64,000 nt of DNA, taken from positions 526,441 through 590,440 of the forward strand of contig NMRA01000113.1 of the NCBI GenBank assembly GCA_002633005.1, in the 5' to 3' direction. Origin of the DNA: Phoronis australis (lineage: Eukaryota; Animalia; Phoronida). The notes under the pieces are model-generated. The model made no database searches and was not told the origin of the DNA. It worked only from the letters and a program-made list of their open reading frames with translations. Position numbers and translations under genes: made by a program. Positions 44,481 to 56,107 of the stretch are shown here, piece after piece (positions within the stretch are counted from its first letter, which is position 1; every line of letters begins with the position of its first letter).

Positions 44481-46141
44481 CATTTGACACTGGAGTTGTA
44501 AGGCCTACACCGCGACGTGGTCACAACGTGGAACCACTCGTAATCGGGGTTATTAAGAGCTTTGAGGACTTCAATATATTTTTTATTTGTCACACTTTAG
44601 TGTACCCCGATGTTCCTTGCGAGATATACACAGCGATTAATTATGCCAAGGCCAGTCAAGGGGTACTATATGTTTGCTTAGTTACAGTGCTGTTCCTATT
44701 CTGCCCAGAGACAAGGCACAGATAGAGAAGGGAGTAACTGAACGTGCAAGTAAGATTGCATGTAATGAACACCCTAATGCTTAATATTAGGTCATTGCTG
44801 GAACATGAATGGTACAAAAGGTAATTTAGGAGTTCTCATACTTAATTCATTTTGCCTGTGCTCACTCTCTGGTTCATATACCTTCCCATTATCCATTGCC
44901 TGGTCCTCTTATTCTATCAATCTAGGACTATGGCCCCTAAAGCTTTTGACTGCTCGACCAGAATAGAAAATTATCTAGTTTTCTAAATCATGCGGAGTAG
45001 GGCCATGGTATTGCTGGCTTTGTGAGCGGAGTTCAGGCGTGCGTAACTTTCGCAGGTTTTCCCAGTCAGGGGTATCACCATTGTTGGGCTCAACTGTGGC
45101 TGATGCAGAGCTTGAAATTTTCCTTTTTTAATATATTGGATTTCCTCTACTTTGGTTTTGATTCCCTCCTATTTTATTTCCAGTTTCCCTTTTTGTTATT
45201 TTTCCTACTGTTATTTTTACTTAATTCATGCATTGAAAAGCCTTTATTTCAGTTATATTTTACAACACAAAAATATTTCTATCACACAAGCATATTTATT
45301 TGCTGAAAGGATACATCGCCTGGGAAATTTTCCTCTTGATATCGTTAACCGTTCCAAGCCCTGTGTAATCCAATTGCCCTCTGGCAACCAAATTTCTGAA
45401 ATCTGATTTGATGAATGGGAAATTCACAACAAGTCTACGATGACCGAAGTGAACTCGTATTATTAACTGCATTTTTGATAACAGCTAACTCGAAAGCTTG
45501 TGGGGCACTGTGGTCTTGTCTTTGTTTTCAAACGACTTAAATGTCAGGACGTTCTGGTACATTTCCCATTACATTTAATTGAAGCAAGACAGGTTTTATT
45601 ATTTACTGTCACAGTATTGTTCTAGCTGTTACTTTGTCACTGCAACCTACATTTATGTTCTGACTAAACACAGCTTGTAAATCTTCAGACAACCTAATTA
45701 TCAGGACCTAACCGTCGTAACCGGACAGTGCCACAACGGAAATTGGTGTAATTTATTTCTCAGGTTTTGCTTTAGGTAACATTTTATAAAACACATGGTA
45801 TTTAGGTCAGTTTGATATTTAGGTACACTATGCGTACTTCAAATGAACTAGTTTACGCTTATTGACTACAGGAACAATGCTATAAGTTTCAAGTTTGCAC
45901 TCAAAATCTCAATTTTGTACTCTAGTAAGTTTGTAGCTTGAATGCAAACATGGAATGGGTAGTAGTCTACTTAGCACAGATTAATAGACACATAATAGAA
46001 GGGAAATGTCAAAAATAGTTTCGATTTCGAGTACAAAGATTACAGGAGGCCCTTGTCTATTGAAACCCATAAACCTTTGACTTTTTCAGGCACTGTCATG
46101 TGAAATCTTCTGTAAGATACATGTTAATTTTTGCCTTTCAG

Positions 46142-46880
46142 TTGTTACACATATGCAAAGGATCCAGAGAGGGCTGCCAATATTATCGATCCTGATGCTG
46201 GGACATCAGCAATGGCAAAAGCAGCATTAAAAAGAAGCCCTTTGTGCCAACAGGGCACGAAACAAAGTCTTTGTCAAACCTTCCCGTACTGTTTAGTGAT
46301 GGCAAAATTTCTGAGTGGATTGGCCATGAAGCTGAGAAACACAGAACATCTGGCTATACCATGTTTAAGTGTGGACTCGTTTCACAAGTACTTGTAATGC
46401 CCAGTGAGAACTTCTCCTGCAATGCTGTGGTGGGGGCAAGCTTTGGAAAAGACCGTTATTCTGTAACAATATCGCTAAGCAGCAATGGGCACGCGTTGCA
46501 TGCAAAATGCAAGTGCAAAGCCGGTGCATCCGGGAAGTGTAAGCACGTGTCGGCAGTGCTATTCCAGCTCAACGACTGGCGTCTGAGTGATACAAGAGAA
46601 ATTCCAGAAATCCTTGCCTGCACTGAGAAACTGAAGGTGTGGGGCGTTCTGAAGAACAACCGAGGGTCAACCGTCCAAAAGTTCTCTGACTTAAACTTTG
46701 TAAAGTTTGCCCCTGGCAAAAGTGAAAGAAACCGAGAACATAGTAAGAGGTGGCGTGATTACATTTGTTTGCCGCCCAATAAGCTGCAGCTTTCAAAGTC
46801 CAGACTCCAAGATCTGTCAGAGTCTTTGAGTGGTGTACGGACTGTCTTCAGCAGCATCATTGCAGAGTTATGTTCACAGG
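46142..46880 (+). pseudogene. Second SWIM-domain transposon accessory gene, a distant relative of 42195-43730
   Basis: NIIDPDAG; HAKCKCKAGASGKCKHVSAVLFQL...LACTEKLKVWG...KFSDLNFV; one frameshift near the 5' end. Confidence 0.75.
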
Positions 46881-47429
46881 CAGTCTATTATTTTTAATTT
46901 GAGTGCCTTCACAAGTTGCCCTGGTGTGGTTTACTACTTAAAATTTAGTCACCTATCTTGGGCTTTTGAAGCAAGTAAACAAAACTGCACTCTGCAACCT
47001 CAAATTTTTTGCACAAGTGGCTTTTGTCAAGGCACTCTTCAGCTTTAGTCATACATAGTATAAAGTGCCATCTATGGTGAATAAATTAGCCTTTGACATT
47101 AATCATTTAAAGATTACTCTTAGTGCAACGGATCATAGCTAGTTAGACAACTTGTTGCTGTATTTTTCTGACTGCTATATGTAACTCGACCAACTCCATA
47201 AATTTTAACAAGAACATGTTTTTTTTTCAGAGTATTAGACCAGACGTGGAACCGGTCGCAAGTGATGTTGCCACTGCATCTATTTCGAGAGTAAATAGTC
47301 TTGACGTCAACGTCTCCAGCTTGAGGTTTTCGCCAATGAGATAAATATAGCATATAGCTCAGTGGTTATCGCCAAAGAGAACAAAGACGCATGCGCATAT
47401 GCCATATATTAGTTGTGTGTTTGGTTGCC

Positions 47430-47690
47430 AGGATTGACGAAACAGAATCGACGAAACTGGATTGAATTCACGAAGCGGGATTGAATTCACAAGATGATAG
47501 GATGGACAAAACAGAATCGATTAAACAACATTGAATTCAGTAAACAGGATAGACTATACAAAACAGCATGGAGTTCACGATATGGAATCCATGAATATGG
47601 AATAAATTGATGTAACAGCATTGAATACACAAGATAGGATTGAATTTTCATACAGCTGGCACTGAGTTCATTCAATGGAATTGAATACAC
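47430..47690. repeat. Degenerate short tandem repeat with core (gg)attgaattcac
   Basis: About 8 variably spaced occurrences of attgaat(t/a)cac-like cores. Confidence 0.55.
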
Positions 47691-48240
47691 ATTTTGATGT
47701 TTTTTAGGCTGCCCATACTATTTCCCATCTGCAGTACTAAATTGATCAGTGATTGAAATTTTACAACCGTAAGACAACTCACTTGAACACAGATAATTCT
47801 AGGTATGGCACATCAGTCATGCTAACAAAAACTGAAAACCTTTGCTATTAATTTTATTTCAGATGATGAACTGTAATACTCCACTGAAAAAGGATATTAT
47901 GTCGCAAGCTGTTATACTCTCACGCACACAATACTAAAAAAATGCTGCATTAAAGCAGAGGTAATTGGATTTTATTGCACTCGTTGACATTCAATTCAAC
48001 AATGATTTGCTGGAAACCAGGCCCGTGTTTATATGCAGCTCATGCATTTCATTTTGTTCAAAACTCACGCAGCTGAAGAAATCAGCAAGAATAGAGGTTA
48101 GCAATCTCATTGCTCAGTCTGAAGATCCAACAAAAACATGTAGGGGTAGTTCGGGGAAACTCGGAGAGCGGTAAAATTCGGACAAATCTAAATGAATGTC
48201 AAATAAATCACAACCTACCCACCCTTTCCAATAAGCTTCC

Positions 48241-48348
48241 TGTTTCATTAAACAATTGTATGAATTTATTTACAATGTTTCATTAAACAATTGTATGAAT
48301 TTATTTACAATGTTTCATTAAACAATTGTATGAATTTATTTACAATGT
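48241..48348. repeat. 35-bp tandem repeat x3 (TGTTTCATTAAACAATTGTATGAATTTATTTACAA)
   Basis: Three perfect contiguous copies without spacers. Confidence 0.95.
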
Positions 48349-48349
48349 A

Positions 48350-48890
48350 TCTTTGAATTGCAAAAGGTTTCAGGACATTTGAGGCATGCTCATCACCATA
48401 CCTCGATCGGACGTCTGCCTTCAAGCAGTTTATGAAAATAAGCCAATTCCTTGGGGGTTGAAAGTATTTATGCTTTCGGAATCTACATCTGGCTACATGG
48501 TGAATATGCAGGTGAAGGATGGCACTGCGAAAGGTGCGACTCACGACATAGTTATGAAGGTGTGGCACCAAGTGTTTATGGATAATTATTATACTAGTGT
48601 CCCCCTCTTCCAGGAACTGTTGCGAAGAGGGACATTAGCCTGTGGGACTGTGCGTCCAAACCGGAAAGGACTTCTTGGGACTATGAATAAGAACACTCGT
48701 GTTGTAAAGGCACTGAAACGAGGTGAATCCCTCACCCGTTTCAAGGATTCCACGACGGCCACTACGTGGAAAGATAACAAGATTGTAACCGTATTGACAA
48801 CACGATATTTGATGTCACAAATGTGTTGGTCTATAACAACACGAATATATACAAACACAAAGTCAGCTCAAAGCAGCACAGGTTGCCAGC
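48350..48890 (+). mobile_element. piggyBac (PGBD4-like, DDE_Tnp_1_7) transposase fragment
   Basis: NKPIPWGLKVFMLSESTSGY, VFMDNYYTSVPLFQELL, ACGTVRPNRKGL, WKDNKIVTVLTT. Confidence 0.9.
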
Positions 48891-49620
48891 TTCGTTAACA
48901 GATGTCGCTGAAGCCACGTTGAAAAATGTCTGTCACCCATGAGCTATCGCAAACAAAATTTGAGTAGAAAGAAGCATGGCAATAAGCGCTTATCCATGGT
49001 TGGGTTGATTTTGTCCGAATTTCACCTATGCAGATTTTACTAGTCCAAGTTTCCCCTACGCTCTGTCCAAATTTAACCCTTGGCATCCGAATTTCCCGTC
49101 TTTGACCATTGTTATTATTCTCAAAATTCAAAGGCATTAACGCTGCGGTAGAAACGAAAGACCTCATTGGTCGATTTCTTAAAAGATTTGCAAATATTTT
49201 ACGAGTCGTCAAATGTTATTAGCTGAACCATTAATCTTCAGTAGCAGGTATGCAAGTTGAGTTAGGTGGTTTTATCAGAATTTACCCGAACTTCCCCTAC
49301 TAATTGATTCACCATCTGTTTCTAAGACTAAGCCAACAGGAGCAGAGATTGTCCAAGTCAGTTTACCATGGGTATTCAGTATCTGAGGATTATCAACAAT
49401 GCAACCCTTTCCCCTCAAACATGACTAAAGATTCAACTGAGCAAATTGATCAAAAACTGTTATTTAAAATTAGTACATCTTGGATAATCATTGCTAGACT
49501 TCTCATGAGGGACCTGGATGACACGCTACTTCTTTGGAAAGTTGTGAAAGAACTGGAAAACCGTTGTCCACATGGGCTACCACTTTTTCGTACTATGTGT
49601 CATTCACATTCATGTTGGTA

Positions 49621-49838
49621 CACAGGCGGATTTTGGGTAAGGGGGGCCAGGGGGCCCGGTCCCCAAAGACCTGCGCAACTGTTTTCGTTTTTTTAGTCCT
49701 CCGTTTGGTTTTTCAGAACCAGGTACTGACACTTGAGCCTCCCTATCTTTCAGGCTGCGTGCGTGCATCTGATCGTGCTTTGCTCGACTGCCCAGACAAA
49801 ATGTTCGCCACTCTTATGATATCCTAGATCCGCCACTG
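49621..49838. mobile_element. ~220-bp MITE with hAT-like TIRs and an apparent 5-bp TSD
   Basis: Left cacaggcggattt; right ctagatccgccactg (reverse complement cagtggcggatctag); TGGTA on both flanks (49616-49620 and 49839-49843). Confidence 0.6.
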
Positions 49839-50071
49839 TGGTATGACAAAGAACGACTTCACTGTAGCCATAATGTATGGGATAGCTATGTTTGCCAGAA
49901 GCCCTCAGCTCTTGTTTATAGTACATTATCATTATCCTTAAGCTATCCAGGAAGCATGCTCTTTACGTGTACTTCCAGGTATCCATCATTCTTTCAATAA
50001 AGGTTTGAAACGAAATGACGAATGTTTATATACCATTGAGACCTACTTCTACCGACTCAACACTCGCAGCC

Positions 50072-50355
50072 ATGCCAATAACTCAGTGCCCTGTTGAGGG
50101 GTGTCCCTACACTACGCCTAACGTCGATCCTGCTATTGTGGCTGCCCTGCTGATGACACATGCTACAAGACACACGTTACCAGCCCCCAGTAAACTCTAC
50201 ATTCACACTGTACCTGCTGAAAAGGTTTTACGACCTCACATCACCTAAGCCGGAACCAGTGAAGACTGGCAATACTTGCTCACACGCTGGTCAGATTATG
50301 TCACAGCAACCAATATCTCAGGCAAGGACCACATTATACAATTTCTGGAATGTTT
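50072..50355 (+). mobile_element. Ty3/Gypsy gag N-terminal remnant
   Basis: MPITQCPVEGCPYTT..AIVAALLMTHA...KVLRPHIT*AGTSEDWQYLLTRWSDYVTATNISGKDHIIQFLEC. Confidence 0.7.
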
Positions 50356-50369
50356 CTAACCAGATTCAA

Positions 50370-50660
50370 AGAACACCAGAAATTGGACAGACCCACAGCT
50401 GCGGGGGAACAAATATGGTGACTGGACATTCCATCTCCCTTGAATCATCTAAGATCTTAGCCAAAGAACAGAATTGGTATGCTCGCAAGTTAAAAGAATC
50501 CATAAATGTCAGCTCTCAGCGCCGTCGCTTGAACCGGGACCCTGGTCTACACTTACCTCCCGTGTATTCTAACATAGTTAATCAGCGAAAGGCGGGAAAC
50601 CTCTCACTCATCGAAAAAGGCCTAGCGGACCAGGACGAAACGTCTAACCAACAAATCCAC
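50370..50660 (+). mobile_element. Penelope-like element 3' end (GIY-YIG C-terminus plus degenerate hammerhead-like motif)
   Basis: TGHSISLESSKILAKEQNWYARKLKESINV...LNRDPGLHLPPVYSNI; then ..gaaaaaggcct-agcggacc-aggacGAAACGTC at ~50612-50644. Confidence 0.8.
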
Positions 50661-50670
50661 TTCGTGCACC

Positions 50671-50775
50671 ATGTCCAACCAATCAATAACAGGTTATGGC
50701 TCCAGGAAGTGCTTACTGTTTGATGGCGATGAAAGAAAGTTTGACTTCTGGCAGGTGTGTTTCTTGGGACACGAG
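50671..50775 (+). mobile_element. Ty1/Copia gag N-terminal remnant
   Basis: TGYGSRKCLLFDGDERKFDFWQVCFLGH resembles Copia TGYGP...L.FDGDERKYELWE.KFLG. Confidence 0.7.
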
Positions 50776-51579
50776 ACAAACAACCACAAAGGTCCTTTTG
50801 TCCTGAACGTTTCCAACTGTTACCAAAGTACATGGATGCAGCCAAGAAAGTAGAAAATTTTGCTCCACCATTGCAGCACGAAACCAAAGTACGGGCACAA
50901 CTTGCGGCCCTGAGACTAGGACGACAGCAATGGCAATGACTGCCGTGGCCACTCTGGCTTCACAGACTGTGCCTCCTGGACATCCTGCCTCTCCGAACCA
51001 AAGATCAGCCACGAATTGCTGCCCCCAAGACGATTACCACACCAACTCCAATGGGTGGTGCATTCAGTGTTATGGGAACTGTGGGATCCGAGTCATCAGT
51101 GGTCACAGTGGACTATGGTCACGTCCCACACCCTCTAAAACGAACCATTTTCGAACCAACTGAGGACATTATTCGCGAACCAAAGCACTGTAAGTATAGG
51201 CGCCAAAATGAATCCTAAAATTTGAAATGATTAAGCATTTAAATTCATTTTTAAGTGAAACAAGTGTAATATTTTTATTCAGAAATGCTTTGGACTTGAA
51301 ATGGAATGGGCTCCTTTGAAGCTGTGATTAACTCACGTTGTGTCGAAATAAATCTTGATTTAGACCCCTTACCAGCAATTACTTTAATTGGATAACTTAT
51401 GTGAATATGTTAATTAACAAAATAAGAAGTGCCCACAGAGGATGAAGGACTGTGCTGCAAGAAAGTATTCCCAAACTGCATAAGTCTCTTGGACGTACGT
51501 ATCGACAGCATTAGATAGTTTATTTACAAATGCACATCAATTTAATCACATTTGTAAGGGAAGTCACATAGTTATGAAC

Positions 51580-52275
51580 AGATAGCGGCCTGCCTTTACT
51601 TGCAGCTTCTCAAAATTCTTTGTTACAAATTCTCTTGTTGTTTATTAGAGTAATCTGCCTGGTTAGAGCCCCCATCTGATTGAACTTCGCTTTCAAAGCC
51701 CATCATAAAATATTGTAGAGGTAAGGGCCAACCTCCAACTTTTGGGGTTCTTCCAATTTGAGGGCACTGGGCATTGACAGGGAAATTACGGTATTTGAAT
51801 TATGGAAGTATTCACAACCTGCACACCAGAAAATTCTCAGCGTTACATTTTCATACAGAGACGCCTCTGTGACAGGTTGAAAGAACATTACACCTCAGAG
51901 AAAAGTAACATATACAGGCATTGTATTAGCTACAATCACCAAGCCAACTCTGTTAGAATTATCTGCAGAGAGCCTAATAAGGAGTTACTGTATATTAAAG
52001 AGTCATTGGCCATTCAGAACCAGCATGCCACTGATTCTCTGAGTAACATGCAAAGCTCTGTGACCCTGCAGCTATGGTGATGACCAGCTACTGACCATAT
52101 TCTATGTATCTCTCACTTCACTTTATGGATGTTACCTGAGCTGTATGTTGGCACTTGTTGTCCTAAATTATAGTAAGTATGATCCTGATGATGTCTAATG
52201 AAAAGACGAAACGTTGAATTGAACATGTACTTTTTTATTTGTGCGACGATCGTCCGGTTTTTGAACATTTTCATA
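51580..52275 (+). mobile_element. Penelope-like element 3' part inside the intron of the P2X7-like gene (copy 1)
   Basis: RRLCDRLKEH..SNIYRHC...RIICREPNKELLYIKESLAIQ...LSNMQSSVTLQLW* (GIY-YIG C-terminus), followed by a CTGATGA..GAAAC motif. Confidence 0.75.
52181..52220 (+). ncRNA. Minimal hammerhead-ribozyme-like motif of the Penelope repeat (copy 1)
   Basis: CTGATGA (52185-52191), T, stem II GTCT/AGAC, GAAA, palindromic AACGTT; stem I is weak. Confidence 0.55.
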
Positions 52276-53599
52276 TGCATTTATCTTCTATTATTTTTAG
52301 GACATGGAGTACCTAGTGCTCAATGAGGCTGTGTTAGCTTTAGCGCTTACTACAGAAACATGTTGGCCTTCCAAGATGGCGAGAGCTATAACAAGACAAA
52401 CAGGCACCAAGCATATTGACAGTATACATTGTGGGGTTTTGGCAGGATTAGTACAGAACAAAGAGAAGTTGTCGCTAGTTGCTGTGTCTGGCGCATCAGG
52501 GACAAGTTTCCTGATCTGTTTGCTCTGTACAAAGGTTTTGTATCACACCGCGATCATTTCATAATATGAACGTCATTTTCTGAATACACGCCCATGGGCA
52601 TATTTACGGAAATTCCCGTAGTTTACCTATCTGTTAGGATTAGTATAGGCCAAGTATCACCAGTGTTTTCTGTAGGCATGGGGATTGTGGTGAATGAATA
52701 TGAATGTTTCACAGGAAGTTCAGGAGTACAGCTGAAGTGGTGAACTTCAATCAGTTAGTGCTTATGTATGTTGGAAAGAGGTTTGCTTATGGGCCACCGG
52801 CATACAGAGCCAGAAAACTTTTGGCACCTCTAGACTATAATGCCCATATTGACAGGGATGTCTTGCTCAACAAGAATGGAACCATCAGGTAATAAAAAGG
52901 TTACATTTGTATCACTTTTATGTTTACTGTAGTCGAAAATGTAATTTGCTCAGTCACATTGTGTTCCCCTTAGTGCAATTTGATGCTGTGGGATGATTAA
53001 GTAAAAATTATTATTTTAAAATGGGACACTGAGATTGGCTGTTCTGCTTAGTCTAACAAGATTGTTGACAAGTTTTTATGTTATGTTTGATTAAAATATG
53101 AACTAGACAAGTCTTTTTTGTATTCTTTGAAGATATGCTAGCAAGTTTAATAAGAAATCCGGGCGTTACACTGTTCACCCGGTAAAGGTGGCAAAGACCT
53201 ATCCTAACATCAGGCCATTGATGGTGGCGATAGTCAAAAGGCGATTAAAAGACAACTTGGGGAGGTATAGAAGAGTATTTATTCCATTTAATGACCCGTG
53301 GACCATCACTCCTTCTGTCAGTGGTGTCACACCATCACCTACTTATGTCTTACAAGACGAGAAAGTCTCAAGATTCCAGTTGTGGGCTTGTCTGCATATG
53401 AAATAGAGCCCCACGTGTAACAACAAGAGCACCGCGAAGCAGTGAAATGCGCCCACGAATGCATTGCAAATGGTAAGCTTTTAGGGTTATTTATTTGTAT
53501 CATAAAAATGACCACTAGATGGCGCAAAAAGTACAATCCATCCAAAAATGGGAACATGCCATATTTCATAAAAATGTGTCAAGGAACGTCAGAGAAACA

Positions 53600-54690
53600 A
53601 AGGAAAACAGAATAAAATGAAATTGTCACTATTGGGAAGGAAAAAGATGCTTTAAGAAAGCGAATGAAGCGACTGGACCATAAATGTAGGGCAGCAGAGA
53701 ATGCACGCCAAGTTGAAATTAGCAAAACCAGAGACACAATCACTCAAGCTGAAAACAGACTGACACTTTACAGAAAAGACTTCAGTGAAAGGACCAAAGG
53801 AGATGGAAGGAAACGTGAAATGCAATCAAATCCTGTTTATAGAGCGAATGAAAATATGCGTTGGACTTTAAGCAAATGAAAGTTGAGACCAGATGTTGCT
53901 CATCAAGCAAAAGAGAATGAACAAAGAGGTGACACTAGAAAAAAAACGTTCAAACCCTGTGTCTAGAGCTAAAGAAAATGTGCGGGGCACTTTAAGCAAA
54001 AGGAAGTTGCGCTCACATGATGTTCAGAAAGCAAAGGAAAATGAACAAAGAAATGAGATGAGAAAACAAAAGCAATTAAGTTGTGATTACAGAAATTGGG
54101 AAAACAAAAGAGAAGCAACAAGAAAATCATTGAAGCGTGCATGTGACAGGGAACAAGTGTTTGAAGATGATGAACTTGTAAAAAGATTTCATGAAATGAT
54201 TAAAAATGGTCCTAAGTATGTGTGTAGTTGTTATGATCAAACTTGGTTTAGACATAGTGTAAGTAAGACAGTGAAAGGGAATAATAAGACTGCAATTGAG
54301 TGTTTGCCACTGGAGCAAACTGATGAGGAATACGTGTGTAATACATTTCATAGCTACTTAGTGCAAGATAAGATACCACCATGTGCAATGTTGAATGATA
54401 TGAGATTTCACTAGAAACCAGAAGATATATGTGAGCTGTACCCATTAGAGTGGAGACTTCTGTCACCTCGGATTCATTTTATGAAGATGTATGCTGCTCC
54501 AAGGGGTAATCAGAAGAAAATCAGAGGAAATGTAGTAACTGTACCAGCAAATGTTTGTAATACTATTAATGTACTTCCAAGAGCTCCTGATGATACTATG
54601 ACAATTGCAGCTAATATGAAAAGACAACTGACATACAAGCATGTTGAAACGACTGAAAATATACCCCATAATAAGATTGTTGAAATGGCA
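53600..54690 (+). mobile_element. Helitron/Helentron RepHel N-terminal fragment (charged repeats + DUF6570-like region), copy 1
   Basis: FHEMIKNGPKYVCSCYDQTWFRHSV, YVCNTFHSYL..KIPPCA..N, LEWRLLSPRI.FMKM...PRGNQKKIRGNVVTVPANVCNTINVLPR. Confidence 0.8.
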
Positions 54691-54699
54691 GGAAAAGAA

Positions 54700-55715
54700 T
54701 GGGGGAATTGTATACATGAGAAGGCATTGTGTTTAATGTACACAGGAGTGATGAAAACAATGAAACACACCCCAGCAAGTTCCAAAACTGGCCTCAGCTA
54801 TTTAAGCAGGGACAACTTAGAGGAATGGTGAACAAACATAAAACACAATGAAAAAATGGAAAAACGAAACTACAAGTGGCTGACAGACCGAATAAATAAA
54901 GCAATAACAGAGGAGAGCATGGAGATATCGGAGGAGGTTCACCAATGTCTCAAAACGATACTCTCTGAAAATGAGGCACAGCTAACAGACAAAATTGAGA
55001 AAGACTCTGTGCAAATGCTGTTGTGGAAGGAACAGAAAAAAATGTTGATCTGCAAAACAGCAAGAACATGAAATGGCATCCTATGATGCTAAAGTGGTGC
55101 CTACAGTTAAAAAGCTCTCAAAGGTAGCATATGATTTAATAAAAAATTCAGGCTTTCTATTTTTGCTATCCACAACAACATTGTTCAATTATGTGCACCA
55201 CATGTCATTGGACACTGGAGTGAAAGATGTGAAATTTTTGTCCTAGCAATTAAAGAGCATTAACTTTGACTCTTTGCCGGAGCACACACGAAATGTTGTG
55301 CTGATTTTTGATGAAATGAAAATAAAGGCAGACCTAGTGTATTCAAAGGCCACGGGAAAAGTGATTGGTCAGTGCAACACAGGCTTAGTTAATGAACAGT
55401 TGACTGCGTTTGCTGCTAATATTGAGAGCGGTGAGGTCTTGCCTCAGCTTGCTACAAGCGTGTTGCTATGCATGGCACAGGGTATAATAGACTGATTCGT
55501 ACTGTTTTTGCGTTGCCCACTATCCATGAATTGGTTTTAACTCAGACCAAGTTTATCCTGATGTGTGGGAATGTGTGCGTGCTGTGGAAACCAATGGTTT
55601 AAAGGTTAGAGCTACAGTTTGTGATGGAGCTACAACAAACCGGCATTTTTATCATATACACAAGCTACCAACAGATGCACAGAATGCTGTTGTTTATAGA
55701 ACATTCGTAATATAT
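54700..55715 (+). mobile_element. P-element (THAP9-like) transposase fragment, copy 1
   Basis: LLWKEQ, MKWHPMMLKWCL...AYDLI..SGFL, VVLIFDEMKIKADLVYSKATGKVIG, LATSVL..M, VWECV..VE..GLKVRATV.DGATTNR. Confidence 0.85.
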
Positions 55716-55729
55716 GAGTATTAGATACA

Positions 55730-56080
55730 TTTGGTAATGAAAGGATAAAGCAAAATTATAAACCGAGCAAAGTAATTTATGGAAATGCAGACTTGATGAG
55801 TAAAGAATCGGTGTGTATTCCAGCTCACTTTGCCGATCACTGAGCTTTAGTAATTGTTTTCGTTGATTCAAAAATGGTTAAGTTCTACGACTCTCTACTG
55901 AATGAAGGTCAAGCTATGATTTGTTTGCAAAAGATAAAGCAGTTTATTCATGCGATTCAACATCAGCAAGATGAGGAATGGAGCATATGTATTGAAAGAA
56001 GAGCAACACAACATAGTAATTCATCAGACTGAGGTGTCTATGTTTGCATATATGTAGATCTGGTTCTAAGAGGAAATGGA
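55730..56080 (+). pseudogene. Ulp1/SENP (C48) SUMO-protease catalytic-domain remnant
   Basis: DLMSKESVCIPAHFADH*ALVIVFVDSKMVKFYDSL...W...TQHSNSSD*GVYVCIYV; H-W, YDS and Q.N..DCG pattern with the W and catalytic C codons now TGA. Confidence 0.75.
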
Positions 56081-56107
56081 TAGTTGTGTGAAAATGTTAA
56101 TTAACAA

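Larger units (their letters stand above)
48140..49300 (-). mobile_element. pogo/Tc1-mariner-like element remnant with TIRs, interrupted by a piggyBac fragment
   Basis: gtaggggtagttcggggaaa at 48140 vs reverse complement gtaggggaagttcgggtaaa ending at 49300; minus strand DSSWVT-DIF(s)TWLQRHLL at ~48895-48950 resembles the DDE_1 GW.T..IF..W...H motif. Confidence 0.5.
51420..53395 (+). mobile_element. Kolobok (KolobokP-type) remnant, copy 1: P2X7 C-terminal ballast-like gene plus transposase C-terminus
   Basis: EVPTEDE.LCC...CIS | intron | EYLVLNEAVL...RHQAY*QYTLWGFG.....R.V..SCCVWRIR.KFPD...YKGF; then LMYVGKRFAYGPPAYRARKLLAPLDYNAH...VAKTYPNIRPLM...DPWTITPSVSG...EKVSRF. Confidence 0.75.

Noticed and set aside
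47430-47690. Interspaced attgaat motifs resembling CRISPR repeat ends (ATTGAAA/T)
   Set aside because: The core is only ~10 nt, spacing is irregular and intervening sequences are related to each other; this is a decayed minisatellite
48241-48348. 35-bp repeats of CRISPR-like length
   Set aside because: Copies are contiguous with no spacers, there are no cas genes, and the context is eukaryotic
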